Source: Neodothiora populina
Lineage: Eukaryota
Assembly: GCF_041146345.1 (NCBI RefSeq)
Contig: NW_027191417.1
Location: 1,116,001-1,180,000, forward strand
Direction: 5' to 3'
Length of the DNA: 64,000 bases
The notes under the pieces are model-generated. The model did no database searches, had not been told where the DNA came from, and worked only from the letters and a program-made list of their open reading frames with translations. Of this stretch, positions 12,112 to 24,400 are shown one piece after another. Numbering within the stretch: the stretch's first letter is position 1; every line of letters begins with the position of its first letter. A program made the position numbers and the translations under genes.

Positions 12112-14770
12112 ATGGTTGTGTTCAGATCGCTCTCTGCCACACCGGACATGGCCGTTCCTTCTACCAAGCATGCATTGTACAGCAGCAATTTCCCATAGCT
12201 TCAATGTAACAACACCCACATGACACTCCTGCCGTCCACCAGATCATGCTCAAATTCAACATCGGAAGGACACATTCACAAGCGAAGGAAAAACACATCT
12301 CACAGCATCCAGCAGAGTCTCGCGTCCGAGCGTCCCGTCATCTGCCTTGGACGTGGAGGGTCGTCACTTTGAAACACTGAATCATTAAATCGTCCTCTTT
12401 TTTCCGTTTGTAGCCGTGGACTGCATCCCCACACTATTTGCAACCGAATTGCGAGCACAGGAGACAAGTCATCCTACACGACTTCCAACCACTCACGGGT
12501 CCCAGTCTCTGATCGTTGCATGATCACTTGCATGCTAGAAATGGATGTATCGTCCGATCCCGCCTCTTCGTGCCCCTTTGTCCCGAATACATGCTCGTGG
12601 GCCACACCTTGTTGACAGCCGTTCCGTTACGACTTCCATGTTCCGGTATATGTACGGCAATCGTGATGGCCGAGTGAAAGTGAAAGACATGTGCCTACAC
12701 ATGCATAAAAACCATGTGAGATTGTATATGTGAGCTGATTGGTGCATCATTTCATCTACTGCCAAGTCCCTCTACGCATGGTCTCCTCGGTCTTTGGCCC
12801 CGGGTGTGCTTGTTCTCTGTTTCCGCATCTGACACCACTTGTGCTTCTTACTGCTTGTCAACCGCATATTTGAATCGCCGATCGAGGTAGATCTTTCTCA
12901 GCAGTGATACTGGAAACGGTCTTGGCTGGTTCGCATGACCTGCATTTATCTGTGCATATAGCAGTAACAATAGAACGCCGTACATGAATCGTAAGCGCAC
13001 ACCCATGATCTAGCGATTGTCAACTTTTCTGCCATCGAGCTCAGCTTCGGACATAATCCCGTCCGAGAGTCCTTCCTGTCTGTGATGCAGAACTCGGTAC
13101 CGACTATCGACTGCCACGACCAGAACACATCTGCTGTATTCAAAAGCATAAATTGTCTACTGGACACATAGCCTAGGTGATCAGCCAATAGCATCTCCGT
13201 ACAATGCCAGCAGTAGTGAGGAGCATGAAATTGCTCCACGAAGGACAGCACCTCGCGAGGCAATAGAAGCGAAGTTACTCTTACCTTACCTTGGGCACCA
13301 GGAATCGATATACGTTCGAGCCAATGATATCGTAAAGCATATAACGCACTCCCTTGTCATGACGATCGAATACAATAATGGTAAAGTACCCCATATATCG
13401 CCTCTTGACTTTTCGATTGGTCATTGCAATATTGAGTGACAGGATGACGGCAGATCACGTGAGTCGAGCAATCGGCCAACCCATAACGAGTCTGTGTCTA
13501 ATCGTCCAATTGGACCGCTGGCAACAATGAGGCTGAGAAGGACGGAACGCTAACTTTGAACACTGCGAACTAAGAAGCGCTCGCGGGCTGGGGATTGGCA
13601 ACGCACTCGCTGTATGAGGACAAAAGATAATGACGATATGCAAGGGAGCCAAACGGTTTTGCCGGTAGCCGTCTTCTTCTCTTGTCTCTGTCTCTTCCTA
13701 TCAACGTCTTGACCTGCGTGAGTTGAGCCACCCCTGCTTTACTTTCTCTGTCCATCATTTTTGCATTCGATCGGCAATCAGTCGCGAAGAAGACTTGCCG
13801 CTCGAGCAAGGATAGCCGTGCTCGAAAGTGTCATCCTTGTACAAGACGTCACTGCAATCGACTAGCTCCACGATTGCGACATACCTTATGCATCACACGT
13901 CGCTGTCGCCATTTGGTTTAATACATAATCGGGAGACACTCACTTCCAGCGACAACTCGGATCCGGCATAGGCTGAGAGCTTGGAGTCCGAGGGGGAACG
14001 CAGGAGAAGTGACAACAAGCAGTCGAGCCAAGCAGTAACTCGTACATAATCCCACGTGCCTCGTGTAAAAGCATAAGAATAGGTATAGTCAAGATCCTGG
14101 CCCATAACAGACCGTCATGAACCCATGCAATCCTTTGGGTCCAGGGACACGCAGTACCTTGCGGGTTAGCCTGAGGGGTCGATGAGGCAGTACATCCCGG
14201 CGTACTGCACAAGTACCATAGCTGCGAAAACAACGGGTAGAGTACTTTGCGCAACAGACCCTCGTCGCCCACGCGCTGCGGTTCGAACTAGCTCGATCCC
14301 GTGTCTAACTTCTTTGAACCGTAAGCCTCTCCCGTGGCTCAGCTCTTTCGTAGAAGGACGGGGGTAGGCGTGTTCGAAGGTACAGTACTGCGATAGTGTT
14401 CATGCAAAAAGCTAAGGATTTGACGATGTGGTTAGGAAAACAAGAGGGCAGAGGTGAGTCTATCGAGTGCTCGACTTGGGATCACCCCAGCTTAATTAGT
14501 TGCATTATTAGTCTCTCCCTTCGTCGCTCTTGGACCTTTCTTGGCTGTATTCGCCATGTCAGAGAACAAGTGATCGAATTAAAAAAAAACGTACTTGTCT
14601 ATGTGGTACGAGCGGACGATTGCATAGTTGCATAAAGGTTCCAACGGCCTCCGCTACCCACGACCCAAAAGACCCACTCGACGGCGTGACTTAAGCGTCC
14701 CCCACATTTTCCGTCATTCTCAAGTGCTCCGAGATCTGAAAGAAGTTATTTCCCTTGAAAAGTGGATCGA

Positions 14771-15565
14771 ATGTTTCACTCCTCCCTATCTACCAAACGT
14801 ACGAGTACGAGCAATATCCTGGTGTCGTCGGAGGTGTTTACCTCTCCCGTCGCTGCTGCGATTACAAGTACTCCCACCTCTGCCGCATCTTCCACTCCCT
14901 CGCCACCATTCATCCGTCGTCCACACTCTCCCTTTGTTAGTCACAACAGTACAAGCAAAGCCAGCAACATGCATTCGCCACGTCTGTCTCCTGCCATCAG
15001 ACCGCAATCTCCTCTTTCACCACGCTTCGATGCTGCCTCGAGGTATGACTCGATGCAGCCTTCCTCTCCTCGGGCCTGTGGACTACACCCTCGATCAGCC
15101 GCCACTGCCTCGTCTCGTCGACATCGACCCGGCTCATCATTGAACATGAAACTACCTTCTCTGCCTCGCTTCCACCCTGCAAACTATCCATCTCAACATT
15201 CGTCTGCCGCCAACACACCCGCATCAGGACCCAACAGCCCTCAGGCTCCCACCTCTCCCATGCAGCAGCAACGTCTATACAGTCAAGCCCAGAAGCAGTT
15301 ATACATGTTCCAAAGAGAGACCCTGGCTGCCCATGCAGGCCTCATACCCACTCGCGAGAAGCCACTGAGCCCCCGTCTTGAGCCACTTGGCAGTCCCGGT
15401 CCCGTGACACCCTTGGAACTAGAGGGCCACGATGGTTATTTATTGGCAGGAGCCAAAGCCGCCGGCCAGCAGAACGATCTCGTCGAGAAGCTCATTCAGC
15501 AAGAGGCTCTCCGGAGCGCTGAGTCGGCAAAGGCCCCCCAAGACCCTCCCATCCTCGGCAATTGA
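14771..15565 (+). CDS. Ser/Pro-rich, probably disordered hypothetical protein
   Basis: Open frame 14762-15565; first ATG at 14771, alternative at 14969; start uncertain. Ordered-looking islands KLPSLPRFHPANY and KPLSPRLEPLGSPGPVTPLELE..GYL resemble an uncharacterised Pezizomycotina family as I recall it. Confidence 0.65.
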   Translation: MFHSSLSTKRTSTSNILVSSEVFTSPVAAAITSTPTSAASSTPSPPFIRRPHSPFVSHNSTSKASNMHSPRLSPAIRPQSPLSPRFDAASRYDSMQPSSPRACGLHPRSAATASSRRHRPGSSLNMKLPSLPRFHPANYPSQHSSAANTPASGPNSPQAPTSPMQQQRLYSQAQKQLYMFQRETLAAHAGLIPTREKPLSPRLEPLGSPGPVTPLELEGHDGYLLAGAKAAGQQNDLVEKLIQQEALRSAESAKAPQDPPILGN

Positions 15566-18500
15566 TATGCCGTTGTCATTCTCATGAACCCACAAAATTA
15601 TTGTTACCTTGCACAGCGACGGCGTTTCTTATTGCATCACGGTCTTACAGGATGGACGGCGGCTACTACCATGGCATTGTTGCCACAAACGGACAAAAAC
15701 TTGCAATGATTGATCGACATCCATCATATCTCGGACCTATCTGCCTTGTTCGGCAAATTCCAAAACAAATATGTTCTGGAGTCGTTTACATCTCGACACT
15801 CGCTTTATCGTTCTTACATATACCCGATCTCGATCCCACGAGGTCAATGACCAAGGGTCGATTCTCCTTCCTTGAGGAAAGTCGTCGCTCATGGCTATAT
15901 TTTCTTTGATTTCACTTTTTTTTATTTTGCATCTGTGTTTACCCAAGTCACATTTTCACATTTTGTCATGTAGAAATTTCGCATTAGGGTGGCTGGAAAT
16001 AGCGACATGGTCGACAAGGACAACCAGACCATAGATGCAAGGGCAGATCACATGCATCGTTGGACAGACAATACCAAAATGAACCGACCGGTCCACCCGG
16101 GCTAGAGCAGGGGAAGTCTGCATTTTATCTTCTCGGTTAAGAATATTCAATATATGCATTGCATTGCTGGCAATCTGCCTGAACCGCACCTCATTTCTGT
16201 CCAGTGGTCACAACTTCGTCATTCGTCCATCAATTTCTCCGTCTCCATGGGTGGCGACCAGCGCGATTGACTCGTCGGTCTTACCTCCGCTGCACACGAG
16301 TCATTCGTTTCAATTCTGATCTGATAACACTAAGGTAGAGTAGCCGTGATTGCATCACTCGTTTTATTTTACTCTTCACGTCATTCTTTTTCGATCAATT
16401 AATGGTTACCTAGTCGGTCGGCCGGTTTCCCTTTCTCGCTCACAAGAGAAATCTGCCGATTCAATTGATTGACTAAGTGATTGCCCAATTACTGGGAATC
16501 CAGTAAATGCGCCAATCAAACCAACCAGCCAACCAACCAGCCAGCCTATCACCGTATACGAGGTTGATAGCACCAGCACCAAGCCAACGGTTGAAAGAAA
16601 GATATCTTTAGAAACCCATCATCTCTCTAGAAAATCCGACAGATAAGAAAAGCATGCACTGACAACGACAAGTCAAGGCCAAATTTGCCGGTCGCATCGC
16701 CGCACGAGTTTTCTCTGGTTCAATTTGCCCTGTTTGTTCTTTGTCTACCGATTGCCTTCTGATCGCAAGTGCTGCTTAGTGCTGTGGTGTCGTCGCGATC
16801 ATCTCTGCGCCTCTTCTGCTTATCTACTCTGCTGTATTGTAATAACGCTATCGCGACCGGACCCACTTTCACAGATGCTACAGCACATATGTGCATATTA
16901 CCGAGATCGACCACTTTTTTCCACGTTCGCTTAAGGTACGGTACGAGTACAGTACGGAGTCAAAGCGGGTCTGAGCGACAGAAGCACAGGGACGAAGCTC
17001 AGTCGTCGTCGATGATGGTGTCCGAACTACTATTGAATCATTCATACGGTGTGTATGCTGTTTACTTGGTCGTGTCGTGTCCTTGTTGTGTCTTATGCCT
17101 AAGGTCCGTTTCTCCAGCTATCTGGACTTATGAAAGGAGGTTCCGTTTCTGAACAACCCGGACAACAGAACTGCCCTGCCTTGTCTTGATTGAATCACAA
17201 AAAGAGAGAGAAGGCGGGAACAGAGATCTGCGGTTGGGTTTCTTTGATCTGCTGAGAGAGTGATACCTTTTTCCCCTCTTTTTAGGCAATCTCTTCGTCT
17301 TACGGGAAAGAAATGGAGAGACGATTACTGCCGTCTCTTGTGCTTAGTTGGTGCTTAGATCTTGTATCACTGTTGAACGGCTGTCTGTTGCCTGCTTGCT
17401 ACAGTAGCTTGATGTACCGTAGCTGTAGCAGTACACCTAGTGCGCTGTACAAGTATGTTGTAGTACGAGTGGGAGCAACAGAGTAAACAGAGCACCGATT
17501 CCACTTTTTTGACGTCGTCTAGCATGCGCGCAATGATAGCAGAGCCACAGAGCATCGCCATATCCAGAGCCAGAGCCAGTGGTGAGTGCGAGCGCGAGCG
17601 CAAGTTCAGTACGTGCACCCAAGGCCAAGCTATACAGTGTGCGGCGCGTGTGCTGTGCTGTATACCTAATCTACAGCAGCCCAAAAACTTGTGGGACCCC
17701 GAGTCAGTCGTCATCACTTGCTCTGTGTGTTATGCGTATGTGTAGTAGTTGTCACTTGCTTTGATAGACGAATAAATGGATGGGCTGGCTGTGGTGGAAC
17801 TAGTTGCGAGGTGATGAACCTTGTGGTTCGGTCGCTTGTATGTGACTGCACTGCCATCTTACCGCAGGGTAGGTAGGTCGAGTCGTGGGCCAAGTGTGGG
17901 TTATTGTGTGGTTTACGGACTTATTCCCGTTCTTTGGAGGCTTACAGGGGCTGATACTACAGGTGTAGTTGCCAGTTCTTGGGTTTTGTAATTGTTATGA
18001 TGATCTGTGCAAGCCGCAGGAGTCCTGCTCAATTCTTTACATGTTACTTCAATACATTAGGCATTGTGTAGTCAAAGATCGAGTAAGATTACCATGATAT
18101 CAAGGTAATAACAAACATACAAATGTGCAACACAAAAAGCCAAGAGCTACAATTAATCAACCTAATGCCACACAGACACGACGACACTCGACACATAAAA
18201 CACCTTCGAGAACGATAAACGACGCCTTCTCTTTCTCCACTCTTTTCGTTTCTCTTCGGTCCGGGGGGACAATACACCCGAGACAAGACTCGGAAATCCA
18301 CAGAAACAGAAAAGGCACGCAGAAGCACAGTGATCAAACGCAGTCAAAGAAAGAGAAATGCCACGGGCACATAGAGGCATCATCTCCTGTCTTTCCGAAT
18401 CAGAAACGCAAAGAAGATGAGGCGAAGACCATCAGCTAGTCTAGTAGTCCACACAGGCACTTCCCCCCGAAAGCCAAAGGTAATGATAGATGTACAAGGC

Positions 18501-18600
18501 AGAAGCACTAAACCCACGAAAAGCCATCCTGAGGTCAAACACCTCGCGCGGGATTTGCAACTGCTGCTCCTCGCGTTTGGTTTTCGCTGCTGCTTTGTTT

Positions 18601-18660
18601 CTGTGACCTTCTCGAAGCCCGTCTTGCTCTGTGACCTTCTCGAAGCCCGTCTTGCTCTGT
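18601..18660. repeat. Perfect 28-bp tandem duplication
   Basis: ctgtgaccttctcgaagcccgtcttgct at 18601-18628 and 18629-18656, followed by ctgt. Confidence 0.95.
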
Positions 18661-21426
18661 GTCTCGAAGACACGACCTGAGATAAAGCCATATGCTAGTC
18701 TGGTCTAGTTCTACTTTACCCCCTTCCGATGGGTTCGGTCCCCGTAGAGGGTCTATCCCCCCTAAAAGGGGTGCGTGCTGCTGATCCAGAAGCCCCCGAG
18801 AGGCAGGTCAAACAGTTTCGGTGGATCCGCAACTTGCTGCTTCCTGTGCGGGCCTCGTGTGTCTTATTTTGCGTTTGGGTATTTGAGAGATCTGAACGTT
18901 GAGGTTCGGTGAAGAAAATGAGGAAAAGGAGATGTTGATGAGGAGGAAAGAGGTCGGGCACCTACTGAGGACAAAGCAATGCTCGAGAGACACGTTTGTT
19001 AGTAGTCACAAGAGCACGACCTGCACTACTGGCAAGGTGATGCATTAAAAATGTATTGTACCGTGAATTAATGACCAGGCGATGGAAAACGAAATAGTTG
19101 TACTGCACTTGGTGGTGCATCCAGTACAACGGCGGTGATATTCAATTCTTCTTGATCATCACTATGCACACATACCTAAGACGAGGATGGTGTCGTCCAG
19201 CTCACGGCTGTAAGTTCATACATACCATAGTACTCGGTAGAGTATCCCATTACAACCATATCTACCCTCATGTCATTCAAGCCCACCTGAACCTGAGTAT
19301 AGACCCGAGTAGGCAGAGCTCAACAAGGTTCGGATCCATTCCGATCTTTCACTTTGAAACGTGTTCTTGCTTAGGCGATACGATACACAAGACCCCGAAA
19401 CAAAGAAAGTGGTGCCGTAGGTTTAGTCTTTTCTCCTAACCCACCCTGCTCTGCACTCCAGCTTTGCGCAAGAAACGACCTCAAATTTGACCAGACACGA
19501 AGAAAGTCTACTGTTTTAATCCTAAGCAAATCGTTGAACAAGAAACCTTGCGATGAAACAGACGCCTAAAACCTTCCCCTGAACTTCTTTTCCCTTCTTC
19601 CAGTGTTTTTTGTGGCGGGCCTGAAGCACCAAGGAAATCTAAGAATAGACCGACACGATCCAAACATCAGATACGAGAAACATCACCTTATCTTGTGCTT
19701 ACAGTACCAACAGCAAGGTACCTAATTTTCATAACACGACCAATCCGTTCTGAGAGTACGGTAGAATTTCTCTTTTTCTCGGTCAAACAGGCCTTGTAGA
19801 GCGCTAGGAGGTAGCTTACCTTACCTTGTCCGTTCTATGATTTCCTTGCCTTGTTTCGCTCACTGGACGTTCCATTCCTATTCTTTCGTCCTCCAGGAGC
19901 GGAAGCTGGTTGCATCCGGGTTCGGGTGTCTACCTTGCCATCTATACTGTCCCTGCCTGCCGTACCAGTACCAGAACCGTGTCGTACGGAGTACCTCAAC
20001 CCAACGAGTAGGATGGCTTTGATGCTGGTGCTCTGGGCTGTAGATGCGTCGCAAAAGTTGCGACTGAGCAGCCACGTTGATACCGAACGCGTGCGAGAGT
20101 GGGCAGAGTAGGAGAAGGCTCGTTGGTGTAGTGCTGAAGTAAGACCATCCGACTGCTGTTGCTTCGCCGAGACACGAAAAAAATGCATACGTAGAGAAGA
20201 CGATGATAAGGTGCGAGACGAGGCCTTGTCCGTCATTTTGTTTTTGAACTGAAGTCTCTTGCTCCATCGCATAGACATGTAGTAGTCGGACGATGTGCAG
20301 ATTCTTATTATGTTTGAATCTACCTATAGCATGATGAGCCAACTAGAGGCTCGTATGGAAATACAGTAAGTAATAGGACGACTCATTTTCTCAGAGCGAT
20401 ATCGGGTAGGTTGTATCGTGACACGGCAGATCCGGCAAAGGAGGAAGGAAAAAGGATGCATTCCATCGCATTGCCATGCACCTATGCTACTACTCTCTCT
20501 CCTCAATATCTATAGGAAGTGATAGCCATGTAAGCTACTTCCACACTCGAACAACTTCACTCACTCCTCTTACACAATATATTAATGACTGAACCACGTC
20601 ACGGGTCCTATAGCTCATTATACCGACTATGTCCCTGGCTAGCCTCGCAGGTCTACGTTATTACTAATGATAGTTCTAGAGGCTATCAACTGATAGGATA
20701 ACGCACAAGTGGTGCACAGACAAGACAAGGTTGCACACAGAGGATGGTGGCAAAGGAACGGAAGGGCAAAGGATACGCAGGGAAGCAAGTAATTTCTTCT
20801 CGCTCCTGTATGGCGTCGATTTGTTTAGTTCCTCATCATATCGGGAGAAGATTATATAATTCTTGTGCTGGGGAAGTAAGTGAACCGGAATAGCATTTAT
20901 AGCATAGACTGAACCTTCTGAAAGGTGTCTCCTTAATTAAAACACAGTCATGAACGACACCTGAGACAAATAGGTACAAATAACGATCATGTTCGCGATT
21001 CCCTATCTATCATACCCTGTCTTGTCGTAGCTGTCCATTCATATAGACTTAAAAAGCAGCGCGACAGAAGCGAGCTGTATCAACATACTCGTTCCTTCGA
21101 AAAACACAACAACAAAAACAGAAGTACAGTGATCAACGCCGCCAGAAGATAGCATAAATATGCGAGTTCGGGCCGAAATTGGCCAGAGAATGATCAGAAA
21201 ATACACGCTTCACTTTCTAAAGCCGAATAGCCCTCGGTTTCAGCTCGCCCTCGTTCGTATCGCCTCCTTTGGTAATGCATATACACGCGTCCTGAAAGTT
21301 CCATCCCGCGTATCGTTGTCCATTTCCCTGTATACTGAATTCCTCATCATGGTCATGTGTGGTCGTAGTTGCGGGATGAAGGGGCATTCATTCGTCTCGA
21401 TCATCAGCCTGGTCGTCGTGCTTGGC

Positions 21427-24400
21427 TCAGGAGAAGTGGGATCGTCGAGGCTTGATCTCAACAACATCTCCCTCGTCACTGCTGTCATCATCATCATCAT
21501 CGTCGTCGTCGTGTGCCTCTGACAGTCCTTGCCATGGATTATAGGCAGAAGTGGATGGAGGGTCAACTCCGGTCGAGCTTGAGTCAAGAGATATCGACTC
21601 GAGCGACAAACTCAAATTCGAGTCCTCGTCGTCTTCGTCCAACGGAATGCGATGTTTGGCCTCGGTTGTACTGGGCCGTCTATGCAAGTGTCCGCTACCG
21701 GCAGCCTTTCCACTGCCATCATTCATTTCACCGTCTTGAGTCTCCTGTCCCTCGGTACTCCTCCTAATCCTCCGTTTGCTCGAAGGAGAGTCGTCGTCCT
21801 TGTGCTCGTCTTCGTCGTCCGAGGACTGTGGAGAGCGGGATGATGTCGATTCAGACGAAGACGACAATGCATCCTCAAACGCACTGACGACGTCGTCCAG
21901 GCGTTCTGACATTCTTCCGCCACCAGGCCCGCCTAGCCTAATTCCACTGACCTGTAGACCGCTGCTGCCTCTTCGCGATCGATCGTTGGTGCTACCCGGC
22001 TCAATATCGAAGTCAAGAGGAGCATTCCCTAGGGGCTCCATTGGGAGCTCGGAAGCCGTTTCCATCGCCATATGATCTTCGGCATCCGGGTCGACATCCG
22101 ACAGCGACTCACTCGGTTGATCCGAGTCTTCTATCTCCTTCCGGCGAGCGGCGAGCCGCATGGCAAGTCTCGTTCGAGCACGCGAGGGAGCTATGCTCAG
22201 AGGAGCTGGAGCTACTGCAGAAGGAGAGGTCGATATGATCGAGGCCTGCAAGAATGTTAGATTAGTACTGGTGATCTTGCACGATAAGCATGCGTACCTG
22301 TGCCTCTTGTGCGAGTAGGGGATAGTCATGTGGATTGGAAGCAACATCGTGCACTGGGTGTATTGTAGCGAATGGGCAGGCAATGACAGAAAAGACAAAT
22401 GACATGCAGTCGATGGGGAAAAACAGTCCTGTACACTAGTGGGCTTGCGCATCCGATATTATACACATTCAGAGGACTGGCGCCAGTCGATGCATGTAAA
22501 GATAGCGAGTCTTCTATTCCTCTCGTCTCCGGTCCACGTGTTTGTGCCCGGCGCCTTTCCATCTCTTGCTAGGTAATGGCATAGTTGTGTACAGTGGAAA
22601 CGACATGGATGGAAGTTTGGTGTATTGAAAAGCAAAACCGATTCGAGGAGAGGCTGGGAAGGACACCGGCACATATGCATGACTTATCGGAAGTTGATGT
22701 CGACATCGTCAAACGAGAGTTCACCGACCTGCTCATCGTCGCTGACCGTCTTTTCCAATCGCTCGTTCGAAGACGCGTCCACTTCGCCATTGTCGCCGTC
22801 GTCCATGTCTTCTTCATCGTCGCCGTTACCAAAGCCGCTGAGCAATCCGGCGTTGCCGCCAGTCACACTGTAGCCGCCGCTTCCATCACCCGACTCTTGA
22901 AGTGCCATGCTGTCAGCTGGCACGCCACCGAGGCCAGCATCTGATAAGGCGCTGGAGTTGGAAAAACCGCTCTGATTCATCAGCCCGCCACCCATGCCCA
23001 TCTGGCGGGCACTCATGGCATTTTCGGGTTTCACCCCTCCTAGCACTGCGTTGTCTCTGTCCCTGGTTTCGGTGAGGATTCCATCAAGATACTGCACCCA
23101 GTCTTCGCGGTTTATTCGCTCCATGATCTGCTCTCCTAACAACTCTGGAGGTTGACGGTCATGAAGCTTCAATACCTCTTCTGCGATAAGAGTGAGGTGG
23201 CCCATGTATCCAAGGCGCATGCCCTTCTCCTGTTGGGACTTGTCTGATGCAGCCTGTCCGTCTAGAATTCTTTGTGTGATGTCAGCTTGGGACCTCAGCT
23301 CAGTGCTGCTGGATTGGCAGAAAAGGTCTATTGCGAGTGTCCTGTTGTGGCCACGCTCAAAACTGCCATTAAAGACTTGCTGCACGACGTCGTACACAAC
23401 GTTGTGCAGAAAGTTGTTCCATGGGAAGCGGAAGAAGAAGTCCTACGAATCACCGGTAAGATAAAAGCCATATTTAGGATTCGATCGAGAATAATTTTCC
23501 AACATGGAAGGACAACTTACAAGGATAGTAGGCACAACTTGGTGCTCAACGAACTTTATCTTGAGCAAGTCTCCGACCACAGGTGTACCATCCGTGTCGG
23601 CCTCCCACAGATGATTATCGTCTGAGGCACTCGTGTGCTGCTGATTGCTAGGCTGCAGCGTGGCAGTACTTTGACTTGGAGAATCCGCTTCTTCCTCCGT
23701 TGCCGAAGAGGTCGGTTCTGTTTCCTTTTGCTTGGTGGGACTACCCTTGCTGGCGAACAGGGGTGCAGGTTTGTCCTCCGGGTGAGACAACATGTCGACA
23801 TCTTCGCCCGGGGTCCTGGCGACTTTCGATTGACCTGAAGGCTCACTGAGCTCAGACTCTGATTCTTGAATCTGCTGTTGGAGCTGCTGGGTCAACAACG
23901 AAACGCGACGCTTACCCTCTACAGAAGGCTCTTCTGATTCATCGAGATTCAACTCGCTGACTTGCTGCTGAAGTGCAGTTGGTGTTGCAGGACTGCTTTG
24001 CTCTTCATCTGGTTGGGACTGATGCTCAGGAGTCTGCGGTCGCGCAGTCCCTGACTCTGAGGAGCTGTTGGGTGTGCTAGACGGATCATCAGATTTTGCA
24101 AGAGGAGGTATGCTTGCCTCTTCGAACTTTTCGCTCAAGTCGTCAAAGGTAGGCTCATCGGGGAGTGCCTCGGCATCCGGTACTGCGACCTTTTCGAAGC
24201 CGTCTTCGTCAGAAGCGTTCTGCACCTCTAGTCTCTTAATCTCTTCGGGAGAACCACTCAGATCGTCATGCGGTCGCTCAGCGTGGTGGAATCCGTGACT
24301 GTCAACGCTGCTAGCAAAAGGCTCCTGCTCTATATCGGGCGTTTGTTGGGAACCAAGTCTTCCCGCCGCCTTCAGTTTCTCTCTCTGCATATCACGTTGT

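Noticed and set aside
14270..14300. GGTTCGAA T-loop-like motif suggesting a tRNA
   Set aside because: No cloverleaf, A-box or acceptor stem can be built.
18601..18660. 28-bp direct repeat as a CRISPR-like array
   Set aside because: Only two adjacent copies, no spacers, eukaryotic context.
18836..18860. Minus-strand GAGG-CCC-GCAC-AGG-AAGCAGC resembling SRP RNA helix 8
   Set aside because: No GNRA tetraloop, a mismatched stem, and no Alu-domain motif recognised.
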